DNA of 64,000 nucleotides from Bacillota bacterium (GTDB taxonomy: Bacteria; Bacillota; SHA-98; UBA4971). The notes under the pieces were generated by a model. The model saw only the letters and a program-made list of their open reading frames with translations. It was not told the origin of the DNA and did not search any database. This document shows, piece after piece, positions 9,912-20,390 of the stretch. Both the position numbers and the translations under genes were made by a program. Numbering within the stretch: position 1 is the first letter of the stretch; the number at the start of each line of letters is the position of its first letter. The DNA lies in NCBI GenBank assembly GCA_035593725.1, contig DAOSZN010000003.1, positions 16,096-80,095 on the forward strand. The letters are read 5' to 3'.

Positions 9912-11039
9912 CTATTCCGTAAGCATGGCTTCCTTAATAGCTTGTCGCCGAACCTGCCGTCCCTGCCAGGCATGGAGAGCCAGCGCAACAGCGATAATAC
10001 CATAAGCAACAAACACGCGAAAATACTCGCCGATTTGCGGCACTCCGAAGAGCCTCTGTCCTGCCAGGGGTGAGACTACGAAAAGGGTATGGAATAGAAT
10101 AACACCTACTATAGCCTGCCAAATAGTGGCACGCCTGGTTGATGCTCCTCCCACAAGAAGAGCTGCTATGGAAAACATGCCTACCTGTTCATGGCTGTTG
10201 TACGTATTTAGGGTGCCGATGTTCTGCAAGAATATCAGCTGTCCCCAGCCTGCTATAACCGTAGATAGGATCATCGCAATAATCCTGGTCTTATCAACCT
10301 TGATACCCATTACCTCGGCTATATGCATATCCTGGCCCACTGCGCGGAGGTCCTGGCCGATTTTGGTCTTCATCAAAAAGGTGATAAGCACACACATCCC
10401 TGCAGACACCAGCAATGTAACAACAGGGATACGTACCCCTCCTATGACAGGCCTCCAGATCTTGTCGAAGGCCTGAGCCATATTAATGAGGTCAACGGTG
10501 TTTCGGACGCCGATTCCTTGAGGCAACAGCATGGCCGGATCTTTGAGAGGAATTATCGGTCCTACAAGGAAAAGGAAAATCAACTGATAAATCCCGTTGG
10601 CGAAGAAGCCCAATATCATGCTGGTGATCATCTCACGCCCCTTTGCCCGGTTCAGTACGTTCCCTGCAAGCCATCCTGCAATTGCTGCGATAGGCGTAGA
10701 AAGCAAGCAAGCCAACAAGAATCCCCGAACACCAGGGATGCCCCAGTAGGTCACGGCAATTGCAGCAGCCTGTCCTGCCATGGCGCCGATTACTATGCTG
10801 AAATTCAGCCCCATTCCTGCGGTAACCGGGATTAGAAGAGATAACACTAAAAGAGAGTTGCGGGCAAGCCGTGTAACTACCTCATTGAGGAGAAACGTGA
10901 CATTAAGCCCTGCAACCATCGCCATCGTAATAGAGAGCGCAAGGAATAGTATGGGCACGCCATTAGTCAGGATTAAGTGACGCACATCAAAGTTGACGGT
11001 TGGGCGTGATTCAACTGTTTTTCCATGTGTTTGTGTCAT
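9912..11039 (-). CDS. ABC transporter permease, BMP/nucleoside-type, second permease
   Basis: 375-aa polytopic membrane protein, last gene of a four-gene operon on the minus strand. Confidence 0.75.
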   Translation of the reverse strand: MTQTHGKTVESRPTVNFDVRHLILTNGVPILFLALSITMAMVAGLNVTFLLNEVVTRLARNSLLVLSLLIPVTAGMGLNFSIVIGAMAGQAAAIAVTYWGIPGVRGFLLACLLSTPIAAIAGWLAGNVLNRAKGREMITSMILGFFANGIYQLIFLFLVGPIIPLKDPAMLLPQGIGVRNTVDLINMAQAFDKIWRPVIGGVRIPVVTLLVSAGMCVLITFLMKTKIGQDLRAVGQDMHIAEVMGIKVDKTRIIAMILSTVIAGWGQLIFLQNIGTLNTYNSHEQVGMFSIAALLVGGASTRRATIWQAIVGVILFHTLFVVSPLAGQRLFGVPQIGEYFRVFVAYGIIAVALALHAWQGRQVRRQAIKEAMLTE

Positions 11040-11042
11040 TTG

Positions 11043-12083
11043 CTACTGACCTCCCGTCGAACGCGTCAATGCGTAAAGGATCATGCCGTTGGAAATGATT
11101 AACCTGGCTACCTCTGAAATGTCGCCTTGGATCACCCTGCTTGTGACAGGCAAGGCAGTCGTCAATAAGGTCTGGAACAGTACCGTGCCGATGATGACAT
11201 TTGAGATAGTCGCTTTTTGTAAGCTTGCCCCGCCTATCAAGATTGCTGCTACAGCAGGAAATGCCATCATCAAAGGCGCCATGTAAAGCTGGAGAAACCC
11301 ATAACTCTGCGCATACACGATTATGCCTATAGCAGCCAGCACCGTTGACAGGATAACCCCTACCGCCTTCATATGACGTACGTCTATACCTGCAGACCTT
11401 GCGAATACAGGATTCGCTCCTGCAGCCACCATGGCGATACCCAGCTTTGTCTTGTAAAACAAGTAAATAAGCAGACAAAATAACAAGAAGAATCCTAAGA
11501 GCCCTCCTGATATCTTGACCCCGAACAATTTGAATACTGCGAAGTTGTTGAGAACCTTCCCAAAATGGTTCCCCAAGGTCAGGGTAAATCTTAACCCCTT
11601 CCCTCCGATTGCCCATATAAGCTCCGGATTCTTAAACGGCGCCATCAGCCAGAAGATGCACATAACCGCCACTGCGGAGAACCCTACATAAGTTCCCACC
11701 ATCATCTCCTGACCCTTCACGCTTTCCAACAGTAATGCGTAAAGGTATCCTACGACAACCGCTATGGGAACCGCAAATCCAATAGCCGCAAACAAACCGG
11801 GAAAACCTGCAAGCCCTCTTTCCATACTAATGAGCGCACCGACCAAACCGCTTAGCACTCCCAGAGGCAGGCCGAAATTGAGGCCTACTCCGCAACTTAT
11901 AGTCGGAACCATCGCAAGGACAAGTATCCCGTTCATCCCGACTCTGACAAGAGAGTCTGTAATGAGCTGAGGAACTGACATATCGGTAATATATGCTGTA
12001 ATGAATATAACTAAAAGGAATCCGGCGATTATGATCCTGGGAAGTCCTATGTGCACGATAATTTGCTTGAGTTTCTGCGTCAT
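11043..12083 (-). CDS. ABC transporter permease, BMP/nucleoside-type, first permease
   Basis: 346 aa and hydrophobic. It lies between the ATPase gene and the second permease gene. Confidence 0.75.
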   Translation of the reverse strand: MTQKLKQIIVHIGLPRIIIAGFLLVIFITAYITDMSVPQLITDSLVRVGMNGILVLAMVPTISCGVGLNFGLPLGVLSGLVGALISMERGLAGFPGLFAAIGFAVPIAVVVGYLYALLLESVKGQEMMVGTYVGFSAVAVMCIFWLMAPFKNPELIWAIGGKGLRFTLTLGNHFGKVLNNFAVFKLFGVKISGGLLGFFLLFCLLIYLFYKTKLGIAMVAAGANPVFARSAGIDVRHMKAVGVILSTVLAAIGIIVYAQSYGFLQLYMAPLMMAFPAVAAILIGGASLQKATISNVIIGTVLFQTLLTTALPVTSRVIQGDISEVARLIISNGMILYALTRSTGGQ

Positions 12084-12085
12084 GC

Positions 12086-13696
12086 CTAGACCGCCTCCTC
12101 CCTGGCTCTGCCTGCCATCATTAATCCGAACTCGGCGTCAGAAGCATCAGGTGGCAAGATCCCGGCAAGCCTGCCTCGATAAACGATGGCGACTCTGTCG
12201 CATATCTTGCGCAGCTCACCAAGCTCACTGGAAGTCATAATTATAGTCACGTTATGCTCTCTATTGAGGCGCACCAAGAGATCTAAGACAAGTCTCTTAG
12301 CGCCGACGTCAATACCTCGCGTCGGCTCGGAAACAAAAAGAATCTCAGGGTCAAGGGCAAGAGCCTTTGCTACACAAACCTTTTGCTGATTGCCACCGGA
12401 AAGGCTCCGCACAGGTTGAGTCGGACCCAGACATCTGATGTCCAGTTTACGTATCATCTCCTCGGAATAAGTCCTAAGTTCCCTTCTGTCTTCCAGCCTG
12501 AGCCCAGGCAGGAAATGAGGCCGGGGACGCAGAAACTTGTGTTGCGCCTGCATGGCAGTAACCCCGATATTCCTCTCAATAGGCTCATCAAGCAGCAGGC
12601 CGACGCCGCGTCTGTCTTCAGACACAAACGCAAGCCCCTTCAGAAGAACTTGCTCAGGCGAATTGAGCGGGATATTGTCTCCGTTCTTGCTGACCCTGCC
12701 TGAAGCCGGGTAAAGGCCCATTATTCCATTTGCAATACCTAACTTTCCATGGCCGGCAAGCCCTCCGATGCCGAGGATTTCGCCACGTCGGACAGACAAG
12801 GATAGGCCACGGACCATCTCGCCTGGCATATCCACTACGAGGTTCTCAATGGTGAAGGCTAAATCCTCATCACTTGGCTCCTTGTCCCGAGCAGGAAGGT
12901 CTACCTTTTCTACCTTCCTTCCCACCATTAACTCAGCGATTCTCTCAACAACAGCTTCATCCCTATTTAATCTTGCTACAATCTCGCCGTCACGAAGCAC
13001 TGTAATCCTGTCCGCTATAGCCATGACTTCATCTAAGCGGTGTGTGATGAAAAGAATCGCAATACCATCTGCAGCAAGCCTACGCAGCGAACCCAAGAGA
13101 CGATCAGCTTCAGTTTCAGTTAAGACAGCGGTAGGTTCGTCAAAGACCAAGATCTTGACTTCCTTCTTATCAACTTCTCTGGCAATCTCAATAAACTGCA
13201 TATATCCTACGGGGAGGCCTGCAACAGGCAGCCATTCGTCAATAGACAGATCGAGACGATCCAAAGCGTGCCTGGCATCCTTTCGCATAGCGGGAATATC
13301 CAGATAGTCTAAGCTTTGGGACCGAAACAGCCTACTGAGAGCATTCTTACGCGTTGTTTCGCGGTTTAACTTAATGTTTTCCGTAATAGTAAATCCCGGT
13401 ATCAACATGAATTCCTGGTGAACCATACCGATCCCCGCTTGCATAGCTTCAGCAGGAGATAGAAGCTCCACCTTTTCTCCGTCAATGAGTATTTCCCCGG
13501 AAAAGCCGCCTGTGCTATGAATTACAGGCATGCCGAAAAGGATATTCATGAGGGTTGACTTTCCTGCGCCATTCTCACCTACAAGCGCATGAATCTCACC
13601 GGGATAAAGGTCTATGGAGACATCGTTTAGGACGGTGTTGCCAAAGTACTGTTTTGTGATGCCCTTCATTTCCAGGACTTGTTGTGCTCGTTCCAT
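12086..13696 (-). CDS. ABC transporter ATP-binding protein with tandem ATPase domains (CUT2 / nucleoside importer type)
   Basis: 536 aa. Walker A GENGAGKST in the first domain and a second nucleotide-binding domain GLAGHGK…LSGGNQQK, as in RbsA/NupA-like ATPases. Confidence 0.9.
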   Translation of the reverse strand: MERAQQVLEMKGITKQYFGNTVLNDVSIDLYPGEIHALVGENGAGKSTLMNILFGMPVIHSTGGFSGEILIDGEKVELLSPAEAMQAGIGMVHQEFMLIPGFTITENIKLNRETTRKNALSRLFRSQSLDYLDIPAMRKDARHALDRLDLSIDEWLPVAGLPVGYMQFIEIAREVDKKEVKILVFDEPTAVLTETEADRLLGSLRRLAADGIAILFITHRLDEVMAIADRITVLRDGEIVARLNRDEAVVERIAELMVGRKVEKVDLPARDKEPSDEDLAFTIENLVVDMPGEMVRGLSLSVRRGEILGIGGLAGHGKLGIANGIMGLYPASGRVSKNGDNIPLNSPEQVLLKGLAFVSEDRRGVGLLLDEPIERNIGVTAMQAQHKFLRPRPHFLPGLRLEDRRELRTYSEEMIRKLDIRCLGPTQPVRSLSGGNQQKVCVAKALALDPEILFVSEPTRGIDVGAKRLVLDLLVRLNREHNVTIIMTSSELGELRKICDRVAIVYRGRLAGILPPDASDAEFGLMMAGRAREEAV

Positions 13697-13813
13697 GTTT
13701 TTGCTCTTCCCTTCTCAAAGTACAAGCTCCACAAAGGAGATAAGAAGAAGCAAGGCGCCGGGTGAGGATTACCCGGCACCCTGAACCTCACTTTACGCAA
13801 TGCGTCTTCTAAA

Positions 13814-14932
13814 TCAGAATTCGTCTTTCCCGAAAATGACGGAACCACTTGTTATCAGATAGAAATTGCCCTTCTTTGGGTCGAGCTTGGAAATCCCCAT
13901 TGGAACACCGGCCGCTGCTTCCAGCCTGGCCTTGACGGCATCTGTGTCGTCAAGCTTCATCTTGCCTTCGATTGTGTCACGGGCTATCTCTACACAAGCC
14001 TCAACAAGAAGGTAGTTGGTTGGAACCGGCCATGTGGCAAACCGTCCTGCTCCGCCCTTCGCCACAATAGCGGTATTGATAGCCTTTAGAATCCCAGGGA
14101 TATTACCCTTCAATTCCTCTGTGATTTCCAGGCCGAGGGCTGCCGGATAGCCATGTGTAGGGCTCGGACAGCACTGCTCAGGGAAGATCGCACCTGTGTT
14201 CAGCGCTGAAATGATAAGGGGCTCCTGCATACCGCAGTTGGTGCTGAACAAAGCAATATCCTTCCCGTGCTTTTCAACCTGCCTCGGGACATCTTCAAGA
14301 ATAAACTGCTGAGCTCCGGGTATGCCGGATTCGCCCATTGGGTCAGGAGCTGTTACAAAAATGAACTCCATCCCAAGCTTCTCACACTCAGCCTTCATGA
14401 TGTCGCGACGCTTTGCCAGAAGCTCCATGGACATGTGCCTTGGGAAAGAATAGTGAAGGAACTTTTTCGCTCCCAGCTGCTTTGCAAGCCTGACAATTGT
14501 CACACCACGCGCTTCCTGATCAGTCTCGAAGGCAAGGTCTGCAGTGGCATTGACTATAGGAGGATCTTCATGAGGGACACCTAGGAGGAAAATAATATCC
14601 GGGCGCAAATCCCGCACTTGCCTGATAGCTGCGACTGTTCCCGGAACTGCTTGGTTGACTATGATTGCTTTAACATCTTTATCTGCAGCAAGACCGGTGA
14701 TTTGTGCTATGGTAGTCTCCTGCTCCTGCATGAAATTGTCAGGATAGGTGACGTGCTTTATCATGTCACCGTACTTCCCCTTCATCTTCTCAGCAGCGCG
14801 GTACTCATCCTCGCCTTGGGAGACTGTTCCTGTTACAAGTCCAATCTTATAGGCAGGGGCTGCGGTCCCGACAACACCTATTGCTCCAACGAGAAACGTC
14901 AAAACCAATACGCAAATCACAAATTTCTTCAT
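13814..14932 (-). CDS. DUF3798-type substrate-binding lipoprotein of the ABC importer
   Basis: 372 aa with signal peptide MKKFVICVLVLTFLVGAIG. It leads an ATPase–permease–permease operon. Its overall composition resembles the DUF3798/BMP-like binding proteins of Firmicutes. Confidence 0.55.
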   Translation of the reverse strand: MKKFVICVLVLTFLVGAIGVVGTAAPAYKIGLVTGTVSQGEDEYRAAEKMKGKYGDMIKHVTYPDNFMQEQETTIAQITGLAADKDVKAIIVNQAVPGTVAAIRQVRDLRPDIIFLLGVPHEDPPIVNATADLAFETDQEARGVTIVRLAKQLGAKKFLHYSFPRHMSMELLAKRRDIMKAECEKLGMEFIFVTAPDPMGESGIPGAQQFILEDVPRQVEKHGKDIALFSTNCGMQEPLIISALNTGAIFPEQCCPSPTHGYPAALGLEITEELKGNIPGILKAINTAIVAKGGAGRFATWPVPTNYLLVEACVEIARDTIEGKMKLDDTDAVKARLEAAAGVPMGISKLDPKKGNFYLITSGSVIFGKDEF

Positions 14933-15239
14933 TGAATCTACTCTCCTTCTTCATTACTTAAGAACTTCGCCTGCTTAAGAAACCACAAGTTTGGAAAACT
15001 CTTCTCTCCGCTCGACTACACTATCGCATTATCACCTCCAAACCTGCTTTTTGAGCCTCATAATCCAGCTATACTCCTACGAATACGAAATGTTAGGTAT
15101 CGTTATTTATTCGATACCGGTTCTTAATACTCCTGCTACAAAGCATCAGATATTTTTGGAGCATAGAAAATGCTCATACAAAGGCCCCTTGTTTTTCTCT
15201 TTGAAATCCGGATGGTTCTACGGCCTGACACCTCAGAGC

Positions 15240-15824
15240 CTAATAAGCACTCCTTGCGCTTTCTTTATAATCTTTTCGTCTTCTGTCTTGCGACACAAAA
15301 CCCTTGAGGAAACATGACACGCGTTTATATACAAGAAACGTGATAACAGAACTTAGTCCGGCTTTGATAGCATTAAAAGCAAAGAGTACAGGAAGCATGG
15401 CTACCACTTGCTCTCTGGAAAACCCGTAAATTAAAGGGACTATTGTCAGATTTACAAGAGGCATTATCAAAGTCTGCGCAACAGTGCCTGCTATGAGGCC
15501 TGCTATAGCCCCACGGAGAGTATGATGACGTCTGTATATAAAGCTTGCAGCCATTACAAGACTGCCTGTGCTTAGGAAATGCATTAACGCCCCGACTGCT
15601 CCGTCAAGACCTGTGATGAAAGCCATCAAAACGGCCATAATGAAAGTTACCGCAAGTCCCGCGCCCGGCCCAAAAGCAAACCCTGCAATCAATACAGGCA
15701 CGTCAGCTGTCTCAAACCGAAGATGTGGAGCTGATGGGAATATCGGCCAGTTGATAAGGGACAAAATCACTGCAATAGACGCAAGTACACCTAATGTTAC
15801 AAGTGTTCTGGTTTTTCTGTTCAT
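15240..15824 (-). CDS. ribU: ECF-type riboflavin transporter S-component
   Basis: About 194 aa with 5-6 transmembrane helices. ATG at 15824 is 12 nt after AAAGGAGG. It lies directly downstream of an FMN riboswitch. Confidence 0.75.
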   Translation of the reverse strand: MNRKTRTLVTLGVLASIAVILSLINWPIFPSAPHLRFETADVPVLIAGFAFGPGAGLAVTFIMAVLMAFITGLDGAVGALMHFLSTGSLVMAASFIYRRHHTLRGAIAGLIAGTVAQTLIMPLVNLTIVPLIYGFSREQVVAMLPVLFAFNAIKAGLSSVITFLVYKRVSCFLKGFVSQDRRRKDYKESARSAY

Positions 15825-15936
15825 CAATGAAGGCAACCTCCTTTATAGATAGCCTTGGTTGCCCGGGCCCCGGCCTCCTATCGTATCCTGCACGCTACTC
15901 CGACATGCTGCTTACCAATGTATCCTGTCTGAGGAG

Positions 15937-16172
15937 AATAACAAAGCCCTGGGCAATAGACCTCAGGGCTCTAATCTCTACAGTGTTCAAAGTGCGACAA
16001 GCGTTTCGCGTTAGCTTGCGACCTTCTCCCATCCGGACTGTACCGTCGGTGCCGGTTTTGCGCCGGCTCAACCGCATTCGCGGCTCGTGGACTTGCCTTT
16101 CGGCATTACCACCGGTCGGGAATTGGCTGGGAACTCCAGCCTCACCCTGCCCCGAAGATCTACATATTGGCT
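15937..16172 (-). ncRNA. FMN riboswitch (RFN element) with terminator-type expression platform
   Basis: The minus-strand RNA reads CUUCGGGGCAGGGUGA…UUCCCGACCGGUGGUA…GCCGACGGUACAGUCCGGAUGGGAGAAGG, matching the RFN consensus. It is followed by hairpin AGCCCUG-N12-CAGGGCU plus UUUGUUAUU at 15937-15971. Confidence 0.85.
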
Positions 16173-16287
16173 ATTTCTTTTGTCTAAATACTATACTATT
16201 ATTTAGCCTAACGCAAGACCCCTGCGTACCTCTTAGGCAACTAACCTAAACAGAAAGCTGCACATTATCGAAAAACCAATTGACAGG

Positions 16288-17358
16288 CTAATGAATAGAG
16301 ACTGTATCAACAAAGACAGTGCCTTCCGCGACTATCCTGACATCTCCGCTGACTGTGGCGTAAGGAGCGCAAGGTTCTCCCTTTGCATCAGGAGGCCTGA
16401 CAGTGACGGATAAGGTTCCGCCGGGCTGTTTAAAGTCATAACAGCCTGGTTTTCCCAAGGCGGTCGCATAAGCCAGCGCAACAGCGACACTGCCTGATGC
16501 GCAACTTGATTCCCAAACGAACGTATCAGTGGCTGCAACGTGTACCAGAGGAACTATCTCATCCGCTCCCCGGCGAAAGATCATCCCGATACACGCTTCA
16601 TCCGCAAGGCCGAAAGCCTCGCCCAGCCCTATAAGAACATTCTCTTCCATACGGTAGTCTCTTGCATCAACAACTATGTGTGTTATCCCTTCTAATCTGA
16701 CCACTGCTACAACAGGCGGCAGAATCTTCAGAGCAATCTCTCCGAGCCAAGACTCCAGGAGATCGCGAGGGTTAAGGCACGGTAAAACGCGAATGTTCCT
16801 GCCTGACCCGGATGAAGTCCATGAAAGAGTCTCCACAAAATAAAAATCAACCTCAGGCACTCCCGGGAAAGCGCATGATGCCCAAAAAGGCATCTCTTCG
16901 TCATCGAGCTTGGCTTGCACAAGGACAGGCTCTTCCACTCCGTGTATTTGGATAAGCCCCTCAAGTAGGTTATCGTTATCTTTCGGTACACCCCTACGCA
17001 CGTGGGGACATTCCATTCCAAGCGTCACCTTTTCACCTGACTTGCCCAGCGCCAAATGCCTTATTGACGCTAAATAAGCCCCAAGGGACCTTGCTGCGTT
17101 ACCGCAGAATTCACCGCCCATCATTCGCATGGAAGCTGCAATCGGTCCCCCTGCCATAAGTGTGACAAAACCCACCTGCTCTCCGCCGAGAACTGCAGGA
17201 TTCATCAGATTCGAGGCAACTTCTGCATGCATAGATTCAGGGACAGGATCCAGGACAAGTATTGTGGTATTACCTGCCGGGTTAAGTTTTGCAAACCTTA
17301 ACCTCATCTTAACCGCCTTCCCACGCGCATGACCCTGATAATCATGGGTAGTCTCCAT
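16288..17358 (-). CDS. DapF-fold (diaminopimelate-epimerase-like) PLP-independent racemase/epimerase family protein
   Basis: 356 aa. Two half-site Cys motifs, GGEFCGNAARS and ESSCASGS, resemble the catalytic cysteines of DapF/PhzF-fold enzymes. It lies immediately downstream of hutH. Confidence 0.45.
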   Translation of the reverse strand: METTHDYQGHARGKAVKMRLRFAKLNPAGNTTILVLDPVPESMHAEVASNLMNPAVLGGEQVGFVTLMAGGPIAASMRMMGGEFCGNAARSLGAYLASIRHLALGKSGEKVTLGMECPHVRRGVPKDNDNLLEGLIQIHGVEEPVLVQAKLDDEEMPFWASCAFPGVPEVDFYFVETLSWTSSGSGRNIRVLPCLNPRDLLESWLGEIALKILPPVVAVVRLEGITHIVVDARDYRMEENVLIGLGEAFGLADEACIGMIFRRGADEIVPLVHVAATDTFVWESSCASGSVAVALAYATALGKPGCYDFKQPGGTLSVTVRPPDAKGEPCAPYATVSGDVRIVAEGTVFVDTVSIH

Positions 17359-17469
17359 CTATACTATACGCTATACGAAAGGCGACGTCTTTCCATAATA
17401 AGATAGGATACACAAACCCCCTATGACAGACGGAGCCTTCGGAACGAGCCGAAAAGCCCGGCGTATCCC

Positions 17470-18984
17470 TCAGAGCACGGCCTCTTTGACTGCTTGCGCT
17501 ATTTGGCCTTTTATGACCAACTCCGTGATTGCTTCAATGTCAGGGTATAGCCAGCGATCACCGTCAAGGGGAGATATGACTTCCCTGACTATGTCGTAGA
17601 TCCTGCGAGTCTGAGGGGCTAGTTTCTCAGCCCCTTGAAAATCCACTGCCTGACAAGCACACATAAGTTCAATAGCGAGGACATGGGAAACGTTCTCCAC
17701 AACCTTCCCGGCCTTTCGAGCTGCAGTGGTCCCCATACTGACATGGTCTTCCTGGGATGCAGATACCGGAATAGAGTCTATGCTTGCAGGCGTGGCAAGG
17801 ATCTTATTCTCGGACACTAAGGATGCAGCAGTGTAGTGGGGGATCATGAAACCGCTGTTAATACCGCTGTGTCTTGCCAGAAAAGCCGGCAGTTGAGACA
17901 AAGTGGGATTCAGTAGCCGATCAATGCGTCTTTCAGATATGTTCCCAAGCTCGGCAACGGCAATTGCCAAGAAATCCATGGCGAACGCCACAGGCTGACC
18001 ATGGAAATTGCCTGCTGATATCACATTGCCGTCCGGGAAAACCAAGGGATTATCGCTGGCAGAGTTTATCTCTGTACCGATTACCTTTTCCACATACCCT
18101 ATGACATCCCTTGTAGCTCCATGAACTTGAGGTATACACCTGAGTGAATATGCATCCTGCACTCGTAGCTCGCCCGGAGCACTCACAAGCCGGCTACCCT
18201 GCAATAACTTCCCAATAAGCTCTGCGCATTCCATCTGGCCCGGGTGCGGTCTGGCTTGATGAAGACAAAGGCGAAAGGCGTCGGGAATCCCTCTGAGAGC
18301 TTCTATGGACAGACATGCGACAGCGTCAGCTGTTACTGCCATAATCATGGAGTCATACAGTGCAATAGCGCCCAGAGCGGTCATGGCTTGGGTACCATTT
18401 ATGAGGCCCAGCCCTTCTTTAGGTTTAAGCTCAAGGGGAACGATTCCGGCTCGCCGAAGAGCTTCAGCAGCATCCATCAACACACCGCCCATCCTGACCT
18501 TACCCTTACCTAGGAGGGCAAGGGCGAGGTGAGCAAGGGGTGCAAGATCCCCTGAAGCCCCGAGGGACCCCTGCTCCGGAATAATCGGACAAATATCATG
18601 ATTAACCAGAGCAACCAGGGTCTCTATCAGTTCGTACCTAACCCCGGATAAGCCTTTGGCGAGAGAATTGGCGCGGAGAAGAATCATAGCCCTTACAACT
18701 TCATCGGGCAAAGGGGCGCCTGTCCCTGATGCATGACTCATGATAAGGTTTTCCTGCAACTTGCAGAGCTCATCAGGAGAAATCCTGACGCAGGCAAGAT
18801 GGCCGAAGCCGGTGTTAACTCCATAGATTACTCTGTCCTGGGTTAAGACAGACTCTACGATTGCCCGGCTCTTGTCAACCTTATCCTTCACTGCCGTAGC
18901 AATCCCGACATGTTTATGATAGCGCGCAACCCCTACGACATCTTCATAGGTAAGAGTTTCGCCATTTATAAGTACTGTTGTCAC
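17470..18984 (-). CDS. hutH: Histidine ammonia-lyase
   Basis: 504 aa. Carries the MIO-forming ASG triad in GSLGASGDLAPLAHLA, and full-length similarity to HAL/PAL-family lyases. Confidence 0.9.
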   Translation of the reverse strand: MTTVLINGETLTYEDVVGVARYHKHVGIATAVKDKVDKSRAIVESVLTQDRVIYGVNTGFGHLACVRISPDELCKLQENLIMSHASGTGAPLPDEVVRAMILLRANSLAKGLSGVRYELIETLVALVNHDICPIIPEQGSLGASGDLAPLAHLALALLGKGKVRMGGVLMDAAEALRRAGIVPLELKPKEGLGLINGTQAMTALGAIALYDSMIMAVTADAVACLSIEALRGIPDAFRLCLHQARPHPGQMECAELIGKLLQGSRLVSAPGELRVQDAYSLRCIPQVHGATRDVIGYVEKVIGTEINSASDNPLVFPDGNVISAGNFHGQPVAFAMDFLAIAVAELGNISERRIDRLLNPTLSQLPAFLARHSGINSGFMIPHYTAASLVSENKILATPASIDSIPVSASQEDHVSMGTTAARKAGKVVENVSHVLAIELMCACQAVDFQGAEKLAPQTRRIYDIVREVISPLDGDRWLYPDIEAITELVIKGQIAQAVKEAVL

Positions 18985-19249
18985 ATTGGTCTTCCTTTCT
19001 AGGGATTATCCATACTTCCTAAATCTAATCATGAACCCTGGATCTACCCACGATGTTATTCACACAAGCAAAATTCGCTGAAAATTCTTAAATTCCTTCT
19101 GAAACATCCTTTGTTCATTTCTTTTCATATTGTGGAATCATTTGTGGGGTGACAGCCCTGCATTGGATGGGTATTATGGCGAGAGGGTGACAACACCCTC
19201 AATATCATACTTTACCTGGCGGCTTCTGCCGCAGAAGGGGAGATGTTGT

Positions 19250-20272
19250 TTGTATCGTCTGAAGAAATACGCAGTTACCATCGGACTAATCGTTACCATG
19301 GTTACGTCAGTGGCAGCGACCGCTCTGGCAGGAGAAGTAACCGTGCATAAGTCCACAAGCGGACTGCCGGTCCACCCATCGTTTAGGGCTGGACAAAACG
19401 GTCAGGTGTACTACACTGGAAACACTTCATCTGAGTCACCTGTTACCACAGGACCTGTAACCATAGATTGGCAGACTCTATACGAGATTCAGCTACAGGC
19501 AAACCAGGGATATCACCTGTGGAGGCTGGACCCGGTGGAAGTCGCCCGACTTGAAGGACAAGACCTTGGCTTGAATCCTTCAACCGACACATTTACACTG
19601 TTCAGTAAGGTAGAAGTCGGCAAGAACTCAGGAACCGGGGAAGCAAAGGTTCTTGTGCAGCACGGCAGACGGGCATACGTGGTCCGATTAATCCAACCTT
19701 TCGGTTCGGGAGCACGAATGATCTGGACAATCAATAATGTCCGTGAGATAACTAAGCCTGAGGACGCTGCGACAATCGCGAAGAAGGCAAAGACCTCCTT
19801 CACATACCTGGGCCAAAACGGCCCAACAGTGGCAGCTTATGACCTAACCCCCAACTACCCGATTCCCGGTCCGCCTGTTACGCAGAATCCTCCTACCACA
19901 ACCGGCGGACGTATCGTCTACTACGTGCAGCCCGGGGATACCTTATGGGCGATCTCAGCAAGGCAGGGCGTAACCATCTATAGGCTCATTGAGCTAAACC
20001 CTAATATAAATGCGGACGCTCTGTGGGTAGGTCAGGTGATAGTCGTTCAAAACGGTAGCCCGTGGGTTTCAGCTCCTGTCACCGGTGGCGCCACAACTCC
20101 CAGCGGAGTAGGAACCGGCTACGGAAACAGGACTCACATAGTAGAGCCCGGGGACACCTTGTGGCAAATCGCAACCAGATACGGGGTGTCGCTTCAGGCC
20201 TTAATGAACGCTAACAGGCTTACAGACGCCAATACAATCTGGGCAGGCCAAAAGCTGGTCATCCCGCGATAA
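19250..20272 (+). CDS. Secreted LysM-domain protein with two C-terminal LysM repeats
   Basis: TTG at 19250 gives MYRLKKYAVTIGLIVTMVTSVAATALA, a signal peptide, after AAGGGGA. The two LysM motifs are YVQPGDTLWAISARQGV and HIVEPGDTLWQIATRYGV. The ORF track extends to 19130, which is probably upstream of the true start. Confidence 0.7.
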   Translation: MYRLKKYAVTIGLIVTMVTSVAATALAGEVTVHKSTSGLPVHPSFRAGQNGQVYYTGNTSSESPVTTGPVTIDWQTLYEIQLQANQGYHLWRLDPVEVARLEGQDLGLNPSTDTFTLFSKVEVGKNSGTGEAKVLVQHGRRAYVVRLIQPFGSGARMIWTINNVREITKPEDAATIAKKAKTSFTYLGQNGPTVAAYDLTPNYPIPGPPVTQNPPTTTGGRIVYYVQPGDTLWAISARQGVTIYRLIELNPNINADALWVGQVIVVQNGSPWVSAPVTGGATTPSGVGTGYGNRTHIVEPGDTLWQIATRYGVSLQALMNANRLTDANTIWAGQKLVIPR

Positions 20273-20345
20273 TAGAATGTCTTATTTGCAATAAATAAGC
20301 ACGGGATAAGCCTTGATTTCAGCTTAGTTCAGCACAAACACAAAA

Positions 20346-20390
20346 GATGCCCGGCGCTTGTCCGGCAAGCGCCGGGCATCTCGCTTTCTA
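20346..20390 (+). terminator. Intrinsic terminator of the LysM gene
   Basis: Perfect 15-bp stem GATGCCCGGCGCTTG-TCCGG-CAAGCGCCGGGCATC followed by TCGCTTTCT. Confidence 0.7.

Noticed and set aside
12186-13307. Plus-strand ORFs of 67-179 aa inside the ABC ATPase gene
   Set aside because: Antisense and S/R/T-rich low complexity. The ATPase frame carries all the conserved motifs.
19130-19249. Upstream 40 codons of the LysM ORF as called by the ORF track
   Set aside because: They would place about 40 residues before a textbook signal peptide. The TTG at 19250 with an AAGGGGA RBS is more plausible. My manual read of 19131-19205 also suggested a possible 1-nt frame inconsistency with the track, which I could not resolve by eye.
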